Below, piece after piece: positions 1 to 12,865 of a stretch of DNA of 64,000 nt; positions within the stretch are counted from its first letter, which is position 1; each line of letters opens with the position of its first letter. The notes under the pieces are model-generated. The model made no database searches, was not told the origin of the DNA, and worked only from the letters and a program-made list of their open reading frames with translations. This DNA comes from Amoebophrya sp. A120. Lineage: Eukaryota; Protista; Dinoflagellata. The position numbers were made by a program, and so were the translations under genes. The stretch covers positions 3,911,838 to 3,975,837 of the forward strand of contig CAJINV010000002.1 in NCBI GenBank assembly GCA_905178155.1, written 5' to 3'.

Positions 1-3000
1 CTGGAAGATTGCCACGTTTGTCATGCATATTTTGAATGACCCATGATCTCTGTGATGCATGCCCTAGCATCACAGATTTTACGAGGCAGGCACGATGCCT
101 CTACCGCATGAGAAATGCCCTCCCCGCGTAGCACAAACTGGGGTCCTCTTGCTGGTCGTGCAATACAAATTTTTTTAGAATCCAGAGACAGCATCACCAG
201 TTTAGACTTTTCCAGACCCAGACATAGTTGCATTTGATAAACGAGTTGTGCCGGCAGTTTCGGGACTTGTTTTTCGAGAAAATAGACGACGGCAAAAACA
301 TGGGGGGGATAAACGACGGGATGAAGAAGAACCACAAGAACCAAAATGACGGCACGCGGCAGGCTGATGAACCAGAAGAAGAAGCAGGCGTAGAAGAAGT
401 AGAAACGACCCCGGACTGCCGGGATTTTGTGGACAGTTTCGTGTTCGGGGAAAGAATTGTGGACGACAAGAAGGACGTCGACCTGCGGATGTTGAACAAT
501 GGCGCTGCTGCAAGAACAGCAGAAAGTCCACTTCCTCGTGGACCACGAGATAGAAGTGGTAAAACGAGAACTTCATCTCCAGCAGCTGCCCGCGCGGCCC
601 CCACCAGTCGTGGATACCCATCATCTACTTCGCACCGGTTCTTGTACTACCCCCGGCTGAGTGCGTTTGGAAAGCGCACGTTCGAACAAACAGTCCTCAA
701 CCAGGAAGGCCATTCGTGGTGGGACGCCCCGAATCCGCGAGCCCCCTCCTTGGATCTGATTTCGAACCCTTTCCACGGCCGCCGCATCCGCCTGCCCGGA
801 GACGGAATCTTTATCCTGTGTGAAAACGTCCCCACCCCAGAGTTGTCATGATGCACATTTGCAATGATAGGAACGCTTGTAATGCGCTTCCCCATGAGCA
901 TGACAGGCATAGATATCCAGTCGTGTTTTGGCATTTATAATGCTGCAAACAGGATAATCAGATGGATTTTTGATGCGGTTGTCCTTGCTAACATGCACGA
1001 CACTACGGACTGCAACTTGTCATGCGTGACTCCCAAAACTTCTGGATTTGTGTTGCTAACTTGTCAACTTGGCTATGGGATGGGGACCTTTTTACTCAGG
1101 ATAAGCTTTTCGCAGTTCTCCTTGCGCAACCAGGACTTGTTTCAGGGTGACACGGTGCCGACCGGGAACAGCATCTTCCAGCCCTTTTGGGACTACCATA
1201 CGGCTCGTCTCACCACCACAGCGGGGGCGAAGAACAAAAATGAGCCGCCTGCGGATAAACAATCTTCGAAAACACCAGCGCGGCACTCTCATCTGTCTGT
1301 CTACCAGCGGATTCAACTGGCCTCGAATCCCGTGCGTCATGAGAAGGATCTACTGATTAAACTCGCGCGGAAAGATCCAATTGGGAGTGTGAAGTTAGCC
1401 TCGTTTCAGCTGCGAAACTTTGACCCGGAGTTTCAAAAGGCGGTACTGGAAAAGGACGGGCTGGCGTTGCAGTATATGGAAATCGCCCCGCTTTGCGCGG
1501 CGCGGCCATGTTCAAACGTTTTGTTTCTTCCGGACTATGTTGCTCCCGGTAGCTCTCGTGAGCAAATGGAAATGAAGAACAGCGCAGGTGGAACAAAAAG
1601 TAAAGCATTCTCCTTTATTCCGCGCGGCGCAGCTTCCGGTTCCGACCCCCTCCCAGGGCCGTCGTCGCCGTATCAGGTCGTCGCGCAGCAGCTTCCTCGG
1701 GATTTAGCTCTACTCGCGGTGAAAAGTAACGGCCTGGCGCTTCGTTACTTGTCCCCGGAACTGCGGGCCGACGCAGAAGTCGTGAAGATGGCCGTGATTC
1801 AAGACGCTGAGGCTTTGCAGTTTGCGCACCCCAGCCTGCGGGTCTACGCGCCCTGGGAAGGTGCGTTTTCCGACGCGGGGATTTGGCCGACGGAGCTGGC
1901 AGCTATTCCGGAGCGGGGATCATCTCAAGAACACCCGGGTGGAACATCACCCGTCGTCGCGGGCCGGTGGAAATTAAGCGGGAAACATCCACCCAATGCG
2001 AAGCAGATTGCGTTAAAAAATTCGGGGTTCGCAGTGCGCTACATGGGCCTGGACTTGGGCCACGATTACGACAGGTTTGCGAATCCGAATTGGCCGTCGC
2101 AGTTCTTGCAGGATGATAAAAAAGGCAAAGTTCCGCTTCCGCAACAATTGCTGTCCAACATTACTCACGTGTCCCGAGTTCGGGAACTACTAGAAAATGC
2201 GGTTGAAACGGATGGGGAAGCCTTGCGGTTTGTGACCGCCGAAATGGTGAAAAATCGCTTACTTTTCCCTACTCTGCAGGACTACTTTAACCTCTGCAAG
2301 GTGGCGGTGGAAGCGTCTGGCTTGGCGCTGAAACACGTGCATGTGCACATCCGGTTCCCCACGGTTGGCCGTCAGCTGACCAAAGCGGGAAATTCGAATA
2401 TTAACCAGGCCAAGAAAAAACGACAAGCTATCAACGCAGAACAAAGCAGAAGAAAGAACGCCGGGGGGCAGGAGGAGCAACCGGGAGATGCTGTTGGTTT
2501 TGATGTAGTTGACACGACAACTGGAACGATGTTGAAAAATGCTACTCAGAATACATCAGCGGAAGTCGAAGTTGTAGGCCACAACGACCAAAATGCGAAT
2601 GTCGATAAAAAGGAACAAGCCCCTTCGGAAGGGGCTTCCTTTTTAGGAACATCATCGACGGAAGGAGATTCCGCCAAGAACCAGATCGGTCGGAAGAACA
2701 AGTCGCTGTGTGACAAACTGGAGGCCGCCGGCGCACAGCACCAGAACTACTGGGACTTAGCCCTGCGCGCGGTCAAGCAGAACGGCTTTGCTGTCGAATT
2801 CGTGCGCCGCGAATGCCTATGCATTGCAAATTATATCTCCTCTGGGGCCTCTGAAAACTTGTGATGCTGAATGGTCATAATTGAACACAGCCATCCTAGT
2901 GCAGCCAAACATGACAAATATTTTGATCCGGCGCTCTTTAATGCGTAGCGCGCATTACAACAAACTGAGTTTTTATTGCATGACGCAAAGGGTCGTCGCA

Positions 3001-6000
3001 CTTTTGTTGGTCAAGCAACACAGATTTTACAGGAATGCCAGACAAGCAATACAAGTTCCTCTTTTCCAGACCCAGATCTGTATTTGCACTGCATAATGCC
3101 TCCACAAGGGGACGTCGTCCAGCGTGAGGACCAACAATGAGACGGACTATCTTATCAAACGCAAAAATGTCTGGGTCTGGAACAAAGCAACTTGTCATGC
3201 TAAATCTGAATCATGTAAAAATCTGTGTTGCATGATTTACCAAAAGTAGCTGTCCACTTTTGACCTAATCGAGAGGCAGTTTCTCATGCAGGATAGGCAT
3301 GATAGAACTCTCACAGAATCTGTCATGCTATGTCCTACATACCAGACCTCATGGGTCATGAAAAACCTGCATGACAAGTCTGGCATTCTTCCAGACCCAG
3401 ACACTTTTGCAGTTGATATATGTGTTTGCCCATCTTTTTCAAAGAGTCGCTTTAGTCCAAGCCCAGAACGCGGAGGTGGTGAAAAAATTCTACTCAACGA
3501 ACCTGAAAGACCAGTCGGGGTTTACCAAGGAAGTGACAGAATATTTACGGACCAAAATGTGGCTGGGGTCCAACGAGCTCGACCACTTATACAGGGGGGA
3601 GAAGAACAAGAAGAACGGGATATTAGAGAGCCTGGGCGGCGAGGACGTCCGCGAGTTGCCGAAGCAGTATCCGATTTGGTTCCCGCTTTTGGAGACCGAG
3701 AGAACCTATCGTAAGGAAAAATCTCCCCTCCCCATATCGAAAAGGCACGCCTCAGAGAATTTGCGATGCTGACTTGTGACCACAAGCCGCGTCTGTCTTG
3801 CAAGAAAGCAACGGCGTAGACTCCGCCCCATTATGCAGGCGGTTTGTAATGGTGTTGGTCCTGCTACAGCATAGACGTCCCTCATGCTAAGCGCCTAGGC
3901 CAAAACCTCTCTGCATTCATTGGCATGTTCTGGGCCTGCAGTCCTCTACTGCAAGACAAATCTGATTTGTGTACGCAAATCCAGCATCAGAAATTTCGTT
4001 TCGATGTGGGGAGGGGGAATTTTTCATTTTGATAGAACCTTGAGCGATATGCTCACCCTGGACCGCGTCGCGCGGCGCGTCCGGAAAGCGATAGTTCCCA
4101 AGGAAGAAACCAAAGTGATCAAGTTTTGGTACATGGACGATAAGGAGCAGGCGCTCGCGGAAAAGTTATCAGATGCAAATAGGTCTGGGTCTGGAATAAA
4201 CTTGTGATGCTGGGTGGCAATAATTGAGCATACTCCTGTGCGCGGCCAAGCATGACAAATTGTGAGGACGCTTCCTGATGCGTAGCGCGCATTAGAAATT
4301 GTGCTTTCGCATGACAAAACAGGGTTCGTTTTATTTGCTGGTCATGCAATAAAGATTTCTCAGGAATCTACACACGCAATACAAGTTCCACTTTTATTTC
4401 GGACTCAGACATATTTGCAATGCATAAAAGCTAGAGAACTACAGTGTGGAGCTGGCCTTTGAGCGCCGGTTTCAAAAGCCGGGCGGGGGCAGCAACGGGG
4501 TGAGAACAGTAACTACTACTGACCAACATGGAAGGACAACTCAGACGACTTACCCGGAAACGCTGCCACCCGCGCCGGTGCACGCCTCGGAGATGCGCGG
4601 GGACCAGATTATCGCCGGGGCCGGAAGCACGCGCTGGACCAGCGATGGCACCCGCGTCGCGGACCCACTTTGGACTCACAACATTCAATTTCTAGATTAC
4701 AGTGAGAAAAGGCGACGTTCCGGGAAGAAAATTCCCTGGTTTGCTAAGGCACAAGAAGGGGTGGACGAGGAGGTGGACCATGTTGACGATGAAATAGATT
4801 CAGATTCACGAGGTGGAGCTGCACCAGGTCCGGCCCAGGGGCATACGCATCGCAAGTATAGTCGAAGCTCTCGATCTGAAAGATGGCAGCTTTGCAAGAT
4901 TTTACGTATTTGATGATGCATGTCTGATAGTGTGCTGTGTTCAGCTCTATCATGGATTGGCACGAGATCATGTATCACTTAAGTAGATCCTCTTGTCGTT
5001 GTCTGCCATAAACGGAATTTATTCGAATTGGAATGTTGTTATGCCAACATGATGCGGAAATAAAATGTGCAACGCATAGCAGCCCAAGAAAACTACGCGT
5101 GCTGATGAGTGACTGTGTATTTTTTGCAGTCCTCCTATCAACAACAGAATTTGCAGTTCAGCATCACATCTTTCCAGACCCAGACGTATTTTTTGCAGTT
5201 GATAGACCCCGCCGGCGGAGCTCCTGTAGCTGGCTCCGGGGTCGCTGGACCACCAGGAGGCGCTGCACCAGGGGGAGCCAATGCTGGTTTGTTGGGTCCA
5301 AGCGAGGACCCAAATAACAAAAACAGTAAGATTAAGCCCTTTCTGGCCGGCGGCGGCGGGAACTACAATGAGTCTGGTAGAGAGCTCTTAACGCGGCCCT
5401 CCGCAGGACAGCAGCAGCAACAACAGCAGGAACTCGAACTCCAGCAAGAAACCTGGACACTGGTCGTGTTTGCTTCCACCTTGGGGGTACTGGGTGTCAT
5501 CGTCCTCACGGTCTGGCTGACGGGCGCGTGTGGGCGACTGGAGCGCGAACAGCAAGAATGGAAGCGTGCGAAGTTGCGAAAACAGCTCTTACGCAAAATG
5601 AAGAAGCTGAAGGCCAAAAAATTCGCGTTTGGCAGCGAAGCACAGGCGCCGGGCTTCGCGCAGTATCAGGAAGGGAAACGGAGGAGAAAAGGCCAGCAGG
5701 CGAAGATAAGAGCCCTGTCGGAACCCGTTGATAATAATTTTTTGCAGCCCAGGAGCACCGTTCGGGGAGCAGGATCCGGCGCTGGAGAATATAGTAAGGG
5801 CATATGGATTGCAAATATGTCTGGGTCTGCAAGATTGCAACTTGTCATCGTAAATCTAAATCATGCAAAAATCTGTGTTGCATGAGTGCCAAAAGCTGTC
5901 CACTTTCGACCAAGTTGGGAGGGAGTTTCTCATGCAGGACAGGCATGACAGAGACCTCACAGAGTCTGTCATGCTAGGTCCCGCATTCCACGCCTCATTG

Positions 6001-9000
6001 ATTATGTAAAACCTGCATGACAAGGCTATACTCTTTCAGACTGAGACATATTTGCACTTGATAGGGGAGTAAGAAAGCCAGCGCTTTCACCTCCACGTCC
6101 TCCGGCGTTTCACCGATCAAATATCACCACTTTGACGCCTTAGGAGCTGCTTCATCGGGGGGCGAAGATGGTTTTAGTAGTACTTCGGGAGGACCTGGTT
6201 CAGCATCATCATCTTCCCAAATGACGGTGGCATCACAACGTCCATCCCAAGTGCGCCGCACGGTCACGCGGACGTCGTCCGCTCCCGGGTTTTTAGAACA
6301 ACAGCAGAAGTTATCAACTGCAAAAATGTCTGGGTCTGGAAACTTGTGATGCAACGAAGGGAATAGGGAGCTCACTGTAATGCGCTGCCAAGCATGACAA
6401 GTTTTTTTCATGGTTCTGAGTTGCGTATTCCGCATGAGAAACTGCGTCTTTGCATGACAGGGAGTAGGAGCTCTTCGCGGCCACGCAATAAAGAGTTCAG
6501 AGCCATGCGAGGATAGCATGACAAATCTCGGAATCTTCCAGACCCAGACACTTTTGCATTTGATAGAAGTCATCTGCCACGGATACAACTCCGGTATCCT
6601 GTGCAAAAGTATCGTACTCGTACTAATTGCAGACATGCATTACAAATTTTTTTCTGAAGCTAAATCCGCATTACAAATTTTATTTCTCATGCTGAGGAAA
6701 TTTGTAATGCAATTTATACTAGTACGATACTTTTGCACAGGATATCCGGAAAGCGGCTACGAGTCCCCGCGGGAGCTGCGGCCGAGCCCGCAACAAATTG
6801 AGCAAGACCAGCGGCTGCTGCGGCGGGGGAGTTCGGGGCGGCTAGGTGGGAGTGGGAATACAGGGGGAGCTTCTAGTGCCGTGCCGAAGAAGAAGAAGTA
6901 CCTGCACAATGTGCAATTAAATCAGCAAATGGTGTTGACCCCCGGACAGCACAATTTGGATGAGCGGGAACACAGGAGTTTGTCACCCCCGCTGGAGCTT
7001 CCGGACGACGTCGTTATTCGGCCAATCGGTGGGGGGCGGAAGCCGAAGGGAATGGTAACCAATAACAACGTATTAGTACAACGACCGCAGGGCATTGGTG
7101 GACTGGCGTTGGCGGACCGTGGTGGCATCTTCGACATAGAAGAAGACGCAGATAATCTGGTGATCAAGCCTATCGGATCGCAGAAGGAGAAAACCAGCGC
7201 GCTTTTGTCCTCCTCGGGTTCTTCCGCTATTGGTACTGCTGTTCTTCCCACTAAAATCACGGTCGGCTTAAAGAAAGGCGACGTGGAAGGTACCACTACG
7301 GGCGAAAATAACGCTATCAATGTTTCAACATCGGATGAAAAAAAGCGACTTACAAGTAGTCCTGTAACGACTATGCCCCAAATTCCGCCGATGCCCTCGT
7401 TGAGTACGCTCGGGCCGGGATCTATCAAATGCAAAAATGTCTGGGTCTGGAAGAATACAAACTTGTGATGCGCATCTCAGAACACAGAAAAATCTCTCAT
7501 GCATAGGAAGCAAAAGTTGCCCACTTTCTCTCACCAAAATGGGGGAGTTGTCATGCGGATTCGGCATTGCGGAAGCCTCTCGAAACCTGTGATGCTAAAG
7601 CTTCCATGCCAGACCTTTTGTGTCATGCAAAAACAGCATGAGTCTTCCAGACCCAGACATTTTTACAATCCATAGGATCCTCGTCCGGCCTACAGGAGTC
7701 GCCTTCTACCAAGAATAGTGCTGGGTCGTCGGCAGCATCTTCGGCGCAGGATATTAATTCGCAGGAAAAAAAGAGGGAGGTAATTTTGATACCTGAACTA
7801 TCCGGAGACGGCTCTACTTCCTACCCGAGCACCGCAGATTCCGCCGCGCAGAAACAACAGAAGGCGAGCAAGAGTCCTCCGGGAACGACGAATAACGCGG
7901 CCTCTCCGCCCGCGACGTCCTCTCCGCCCGCGACGGCCTCTCTGGACAAACCGAATACGGACGACCCGGGACGAGCTTCTTCAGTTGTCCTGCCGTCCTC
8001 CCAGCAAGACAAGGACAACGCAGTTTTGATGCCCAACGATGACAATAAATCCGGCAAAGCAGCCGAACAAGTAGAGCCAGCGGAGGCCCAGAATCTGAAC
8101 ATCTTTAAAAAGTTGAATGCACCCCGCGGTCGCACCTCTGCAGCGGGGCCTACCGCCTTACTAAACTGAAAAATGTCTGCAGCTAAAAAAATCAAAATTT
8201 TTGTATCCTACATTTTCGGGCGCCTGCTTGTGTGTTTATTTTTTTTCACAATGAACAAAAATCAAGGAAATGGCTAGGCCAGGTATTCCGGCAAGGCCTC
8301 GGCGGACGAAGCAGAGGAGACAACTCAGCCACCGGGGGACTCGGTACGTCGGTATCGGTGGACGTCGTCCACCCGGGTCCGCAGTTGTAGTTCTTCAAGT
8401 TCTCACACTCCCTCCTGCTTCCTGACGATTTACCGAGTGCGTGCCTTGTTTGAGAATGGGTTGAATTTGCTGAAGAAGAGGCTCGCCTTTGGTTTAAACC
8501 TCGCGGCCTCCGAGGAGGTCGAAGAGGGGATGAGCTCAAGTTGCAGGCTTTTGCCTGCAAATTGAGCCCGATACAGGTCGGGGCCCTGCGAAAAGGGCGG
8601 CCGCAAATTGTCGCCCCGGAGGTCCGCGGCTCGGGACGACTCCGAAGAGGTGTCCAAGGACACCTCATCTGGAGGCCAATTTCGGAGGTGCAGACATTTT
8701 TGGCGGCGCAGACAAACACGAGCTATCAGCCTCACTTTCCCCCCCCCTCGCCAAAAACGTCTGCACCTCCACTTGGGGACCTCAGTGGAGAGGTGCAGAC
8801 GTTTTTGGCGGAGCCACGTTTTGCGTCACAAATCTGAACCCTCACAGCACGGCATTCTGCCGATTCAGGAGCTCAGATTTGTGATGCGGTCCAGAAAGCT
8901 GACCCAGAACGGGTCACAAGAAAAGGCCATTTGTAATGCGAGACCTGCATTACAAATTGCCACTTTTGGCGGGAGGGGCTTCACGCCCAAGTACCTGGCT

Positions 9001-11915
9001 GAGGTTCGCGGCATGCTGGACAGGAGCATGACCAAAGGAACTACTTCCAGAACAAGAAGCCTGAGGACTAGGGCTTGGGCTGACTACTAGGGGGCCTTCA
9101 AGCTCGCGCGGGAGCTTCGACCAAACGACGCAGCGGGAATGGAGCACAGCACCTCGGTCAAGTTCCCCAGCATGGAGGCCACGGCGCTCACCAGCGCGCT
9201 GCAGTCCGGGCGAGAAGAGAAGGGCGCAAACTGCACTACCAAAAATTTTGATTTTTTTTGCTGCAGACATTTTTCAGTTTAGTAACCTCGTGGTCGCACC
9301 TCTGCAGCGGGACCTACCGCCTTGAGTCCCTTCGCGAGGCTGCGAGAAAATAACAAGAACTCGAGTGTATCCTGAGCAAAAACGTCCCCACCCCAGAGTG
9401 ATAATGGGGATCTCGCAACACAAATCCAGAAGTTTTGGCTGTAGCGCATGACAAGTTGCCGTCCGTAGTGTAGGGCAGGTTAGCAAGGTCATCCGCATTA
9501 CAAACCCGACTGCTCATCCTGTTTACAGCATCACAAATTTCAAAACACAATTGCAAATGCCTTTCATGGGGATGCGCATCACGTGTTTGCTTGTCCTTGC
9601 GAATCTGCATGACAACTATGGTGTGGGGACGTTTTTACTACGGATAGAGTGCTGCAGTTGGTGGCACAGGAGCAACATCTGCCGGAAAAAATACTTCCGA
9701 CCCGTCAGCGTCTGTCACAAGTGATATTAAAGGACCCCAACGACCGCAGCCGCAGCAGTATAATGTTGTGCAACAACACAACTTCAACATGGCAGGAGCG
9801 CCTGTTGCACCCCCCGGCGGGATGTTGATGGGCGGTCCGAATGCGATGCCGGTCGGAGGTCCAGCTAGTACAACAACGATGGGGAACTACAGTACGAGCG
9901 GGGCAGCTACAGGTGCACTAAACAGTACTTCTAGTAGTAGCGGCTCCACGACCATGGGGAGCAGTTCTCATGCCGCACGGCCACCACTGCCTACTCCCAT
10001 CATGGCAAATCCTCAGTTGTACCACCACCACCACCAACCTGGGAAAGGGGGGCAACCTCCCGCAGGCAAGCCGATGATGCAGCAAGTTGGGTTTTCGAAG
10101 GATGGCAGGCCGTTGTTCGCTCCTGTGCCGGTTCCGGTGTACAATGGGACAACTCCCGCGGACAAGATGATTGGAAAAGGGAACATATCCTGAGTAAAAA
10201 CGTCCCCGCCCCAGAGTTGTCATGCAATTCTGCATGCCAAATTCCAAAAAAGTTTCTCATGCGGAGCCCCATGAGAAGCATTTTGTATTCGTAGTTTGGA
10301 ACTTCAACCTGTGATGCTAGAATCAGCATGCCATGCTAGATCTGTGATGCTTCTGAACTAGCTAAACAGGATTACACCACGAGGGCAAACTTGTCATGCC
10401 AGACAACCAAGGCTGACTGATTTGGCTAGCAGCTTCCCCATCTTGCCACTGGTTAGGGGACGTTTTTAATCAGGATAGAAAAAGAAACCCGCGCTGGTGC
10501 CGCAGCTTCCCCCGATCGTCCCCTTTCTCGGGCCGGACCGAACTGGGCAGCCGATGACGGCAATCATCGAAGAGAGCGAGTCCAGTAGGAGTAGAAATAC
10601 AGCAACGGCGACAAGCACGATGGTGCCTACTAATAGCAGAAGCCGCGGTATCACCAGAAAAAAGTGTTACAGTTACACACTTGTTGGAGTTTCTGCATCA
10701 CAAATTTTCTCTGTGCGGCACAGAAAACTTGTAATGCGAAGATCATAAGGGAAAACAGGAAGGAAACGAGGCTCCCAAGCATTTCCTGCATGAGAAAGGT
10801 TGTCTGTGTTGCCGGTCTTGCAACACAGTGTGTAACTGTAACACTTTTTTCTTCCGATACGCGGTGGGGACGAGAATGATCCAAATAGTGGACCTATCCT
10901 GAGGAAAAACGTCCCACCCCAGAGTTGTCATGCAAATCTGCATGCCAAAAAAGTCTCTCACGCGGAGCCCCATGAGAGCCACTTTCTAGTCGTGTTTTGG
11001 AATTTGTGATGCTAGAATCAGCATGACGTGCTAGATCTGTGATGCTTCGGAACTAGATAAACAGGACTACACTTCTACAAGGACAAACTTGTCATGCGAA
11101 ACAACCTAAGCTGGTTGATTTGTCTAGCAGATTTCCCATGTTGAGTCTGGTGTGGGGACATTTTTACTCGGGATAGGACTCTCATCGGCAAACTCTTCTA
11201 TGGACTTCGCCAAAGTTGGGGCGAGCCCGTATGGAAGAGATGGTGACGACGAAGACGATAGCAAGTGTAAAAATGTCTGGGTCTGGAAGAATGCAACTTG
11301 TGATGCTGTATTTAGATTCCAAAAAAATCTGTATTGCATGAGTAGCAAATGGAATGCAACTTTTGCTACGCTGAGAAGGCATTTGTCATGCGGAATAGGC
11401 ATCAAGAAGCCCTCAAAAAATCTGTATTGCTAGGGTATGCATCACAGACATCATGCCTCATGCAAAACGTGCATGACAAGTGTCAGAATCTTCCAGACCC
11501 GGACATTTTTGCATTTGATAGACGATCAGTCCCTCAGCCTCAACGGGCATCAGGACCCCATGGACGCGTATGAGGAACAGATGGAGGTATCCTGTGCAAA
11601 AGTATCGTACTCGTACTAATTGCAGTTATGCATTACAAATCTTTTTCGCAAGGCAAATCTGCATTACAAATTCAATTTGTAAAAACGCTGAGTAAATTTG
11701 TATTGCAATTTCTACTAGTACGATGCTTTTGCAATGCATAGGAGGCGTTCAATGCGTATTACCAAGCATTGGAAGATTTCGGTCGCGAGGAAAATCTCGA
11801 GAACCCAAGTGGATTTTTATCCTCCGAAACTGAAGAAGAATACGAGGAGGCGGATGAAGATTTTTCAAGGGAAGCAGAGCAAGGACGGCCCGGCGCCCCA
11901 CCGGGTTCCTCGTGA
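1..11915 (+). CDS. Large multi-exon protein with DUF4116-type repeats, one TM helix and a long low-complexity C-terminus (5' end outside window)
   Basis: Repeats such as LAVKSNGLALRYLSPELRADAEVVKMAVIQDAEALQFA and AVKQNGFAVEFV; TM segment WTLVVFASTLGVLGVIVLTVWL. One frame runs to TGA 11913-11915 after removing 18 TIR elements plus one TSD each: <1-239, 812-1103, 2818-3095, 3153-3418, 3707-4034, 4167-4426, 4844-5204, 5803-6063, 6312-6565, 6595-6744, 7423-7674, 8159-9284, 9368-9646, 10186-10477, 10649-10859, 10895-11175, 11259-11520, 11588-11740. Confidence 0.75.
812..1103. mobile_element. Introner, family C (TIR TATCCTG(A/T)GTAAAAACGTCCCCACCCCAGAG)
   Basis: TIRs at both ends, flanks atctt/agctt, removal keeps frame (GIFSQFSLRNQ). 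Relatives at 9368, 10186, 10895, 28714, 35431, 40533, 43459, 48123, 62236. Confidence 0.85.
3707..4034. mobile_element. Introner, family D (TIR TATCGTAAGGAAAAATCCCCCCTCCCCATATCGAAA), about 310-340 bp
   Basis: TSD gaacc/gaacc, frame restored (ETERT|LSDML). Relatives at 33256, 34377, 39059, 44272, 45648, 47659, 49593, 58226. Confidence 0.85.
6595..6744. mobile_element. Introner, short family B (TIR TATCCTGTGCAAAAGTATCGTACT), about 145-175 bp
   Basis: TSD tccgg/tccgg. Relatives at 11588, 14743, 20920, 21917, 29046, 35833, 49956, 51888, 53111, 56071. Confidence 0.85.
8159..9284. mobile_element. 1126-bp TIR element (TACTAAACTGAAAAATGTCTGCAGC...) flanked by a 38-bp direct repeat of exon sequence
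   Basis: About 45-bp imperfect TIRs; flanks 8121-8158 and 9285-9322 match at 35/38 positions. Confidence 0.85.
10649..10859. mobile_element. Introner, minor family (TIR TATCACCAGAAAAAAGTGTTACAGTTACACAC)
   Basis: TSD cgcgg/cgcgg, frame restored. Confidence 0.8.
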
Positions 11916-12865
11916 GTTGCTTTTTTACGAATGCCGTTTTTCTTGTACGTGTTCGTGTGCCTATTTCAATTTTCTTATTTTTTAGTACGGAAGATGATGT
12001 TTTTCTGACTACTTCATTCAACAACTTTATTTTTCCTTTTTTGATTTTTTTATTCACACATTTGAGTGCATAGGTGCACGATGGCACAATTTTTTTCATT
12101 TTTACCACGAGGTAGCAACAATATCTACATCTCAGTCTTCAATCGAGTAAGCATTTTTTTTTTCTATGAAACAAGATCAGCGGCGTGATATGAATTTCCG
12201 TGTAATAGCATTTTAGGAGCAATCGAATCAAATGCACAGAATCGTTTCCAAGTCCAACAAGCACTGCCAGTTCTTATCGTCCTGAATCTCGACTGCACGG
12301 TGGGGGGGCTCAGTCATGTCCTAGTTTGCATTCCGCCGCAACGTCTGTTCCAGTGTATTTCACACTAGGCTCTACTGATTCTTTTTCCTACTACCTCGCT
12401 GCCTGTAGCGCGAAGACGTCGCCACAGGTCGGTCGCTTTGCGGCATCAGGTAAAAGTCGTGATAAAGTCTGTGAGCATGAAAACAAAAACACAATCGTGT
12501 CAGAAAAGCTATCGGTTGCTGCGCGAGTAAAAATGTGGGGTCGTAGCACAGGAGGTGTGCATGGGTCGCGTACGTGATCCGTAGCCATATTTTCTCGGCT
12601 CTCTTTATTCGAATTCGGTCGAATGATTCTTGCTAAAGGTAGGCACAAGATCAAGTAGAAACACAAAAGAGGATACTCTAGCTTCCGTCGGAGCGAAGAT
12701 TTTCTGTGTGAGGGATCGAACTTGAGAAGAAACATTTGAGCTTGATTTCCCGCAATCGCAGTGCAGATCCACTTAGACAAAAATCATCACCAAATAGGGA
12801 ACAAAAGGAGAAGTCGTGGTGTAAGATTTTTTTCGATTGAATCAGATTCAGACCAAATTCAACAA

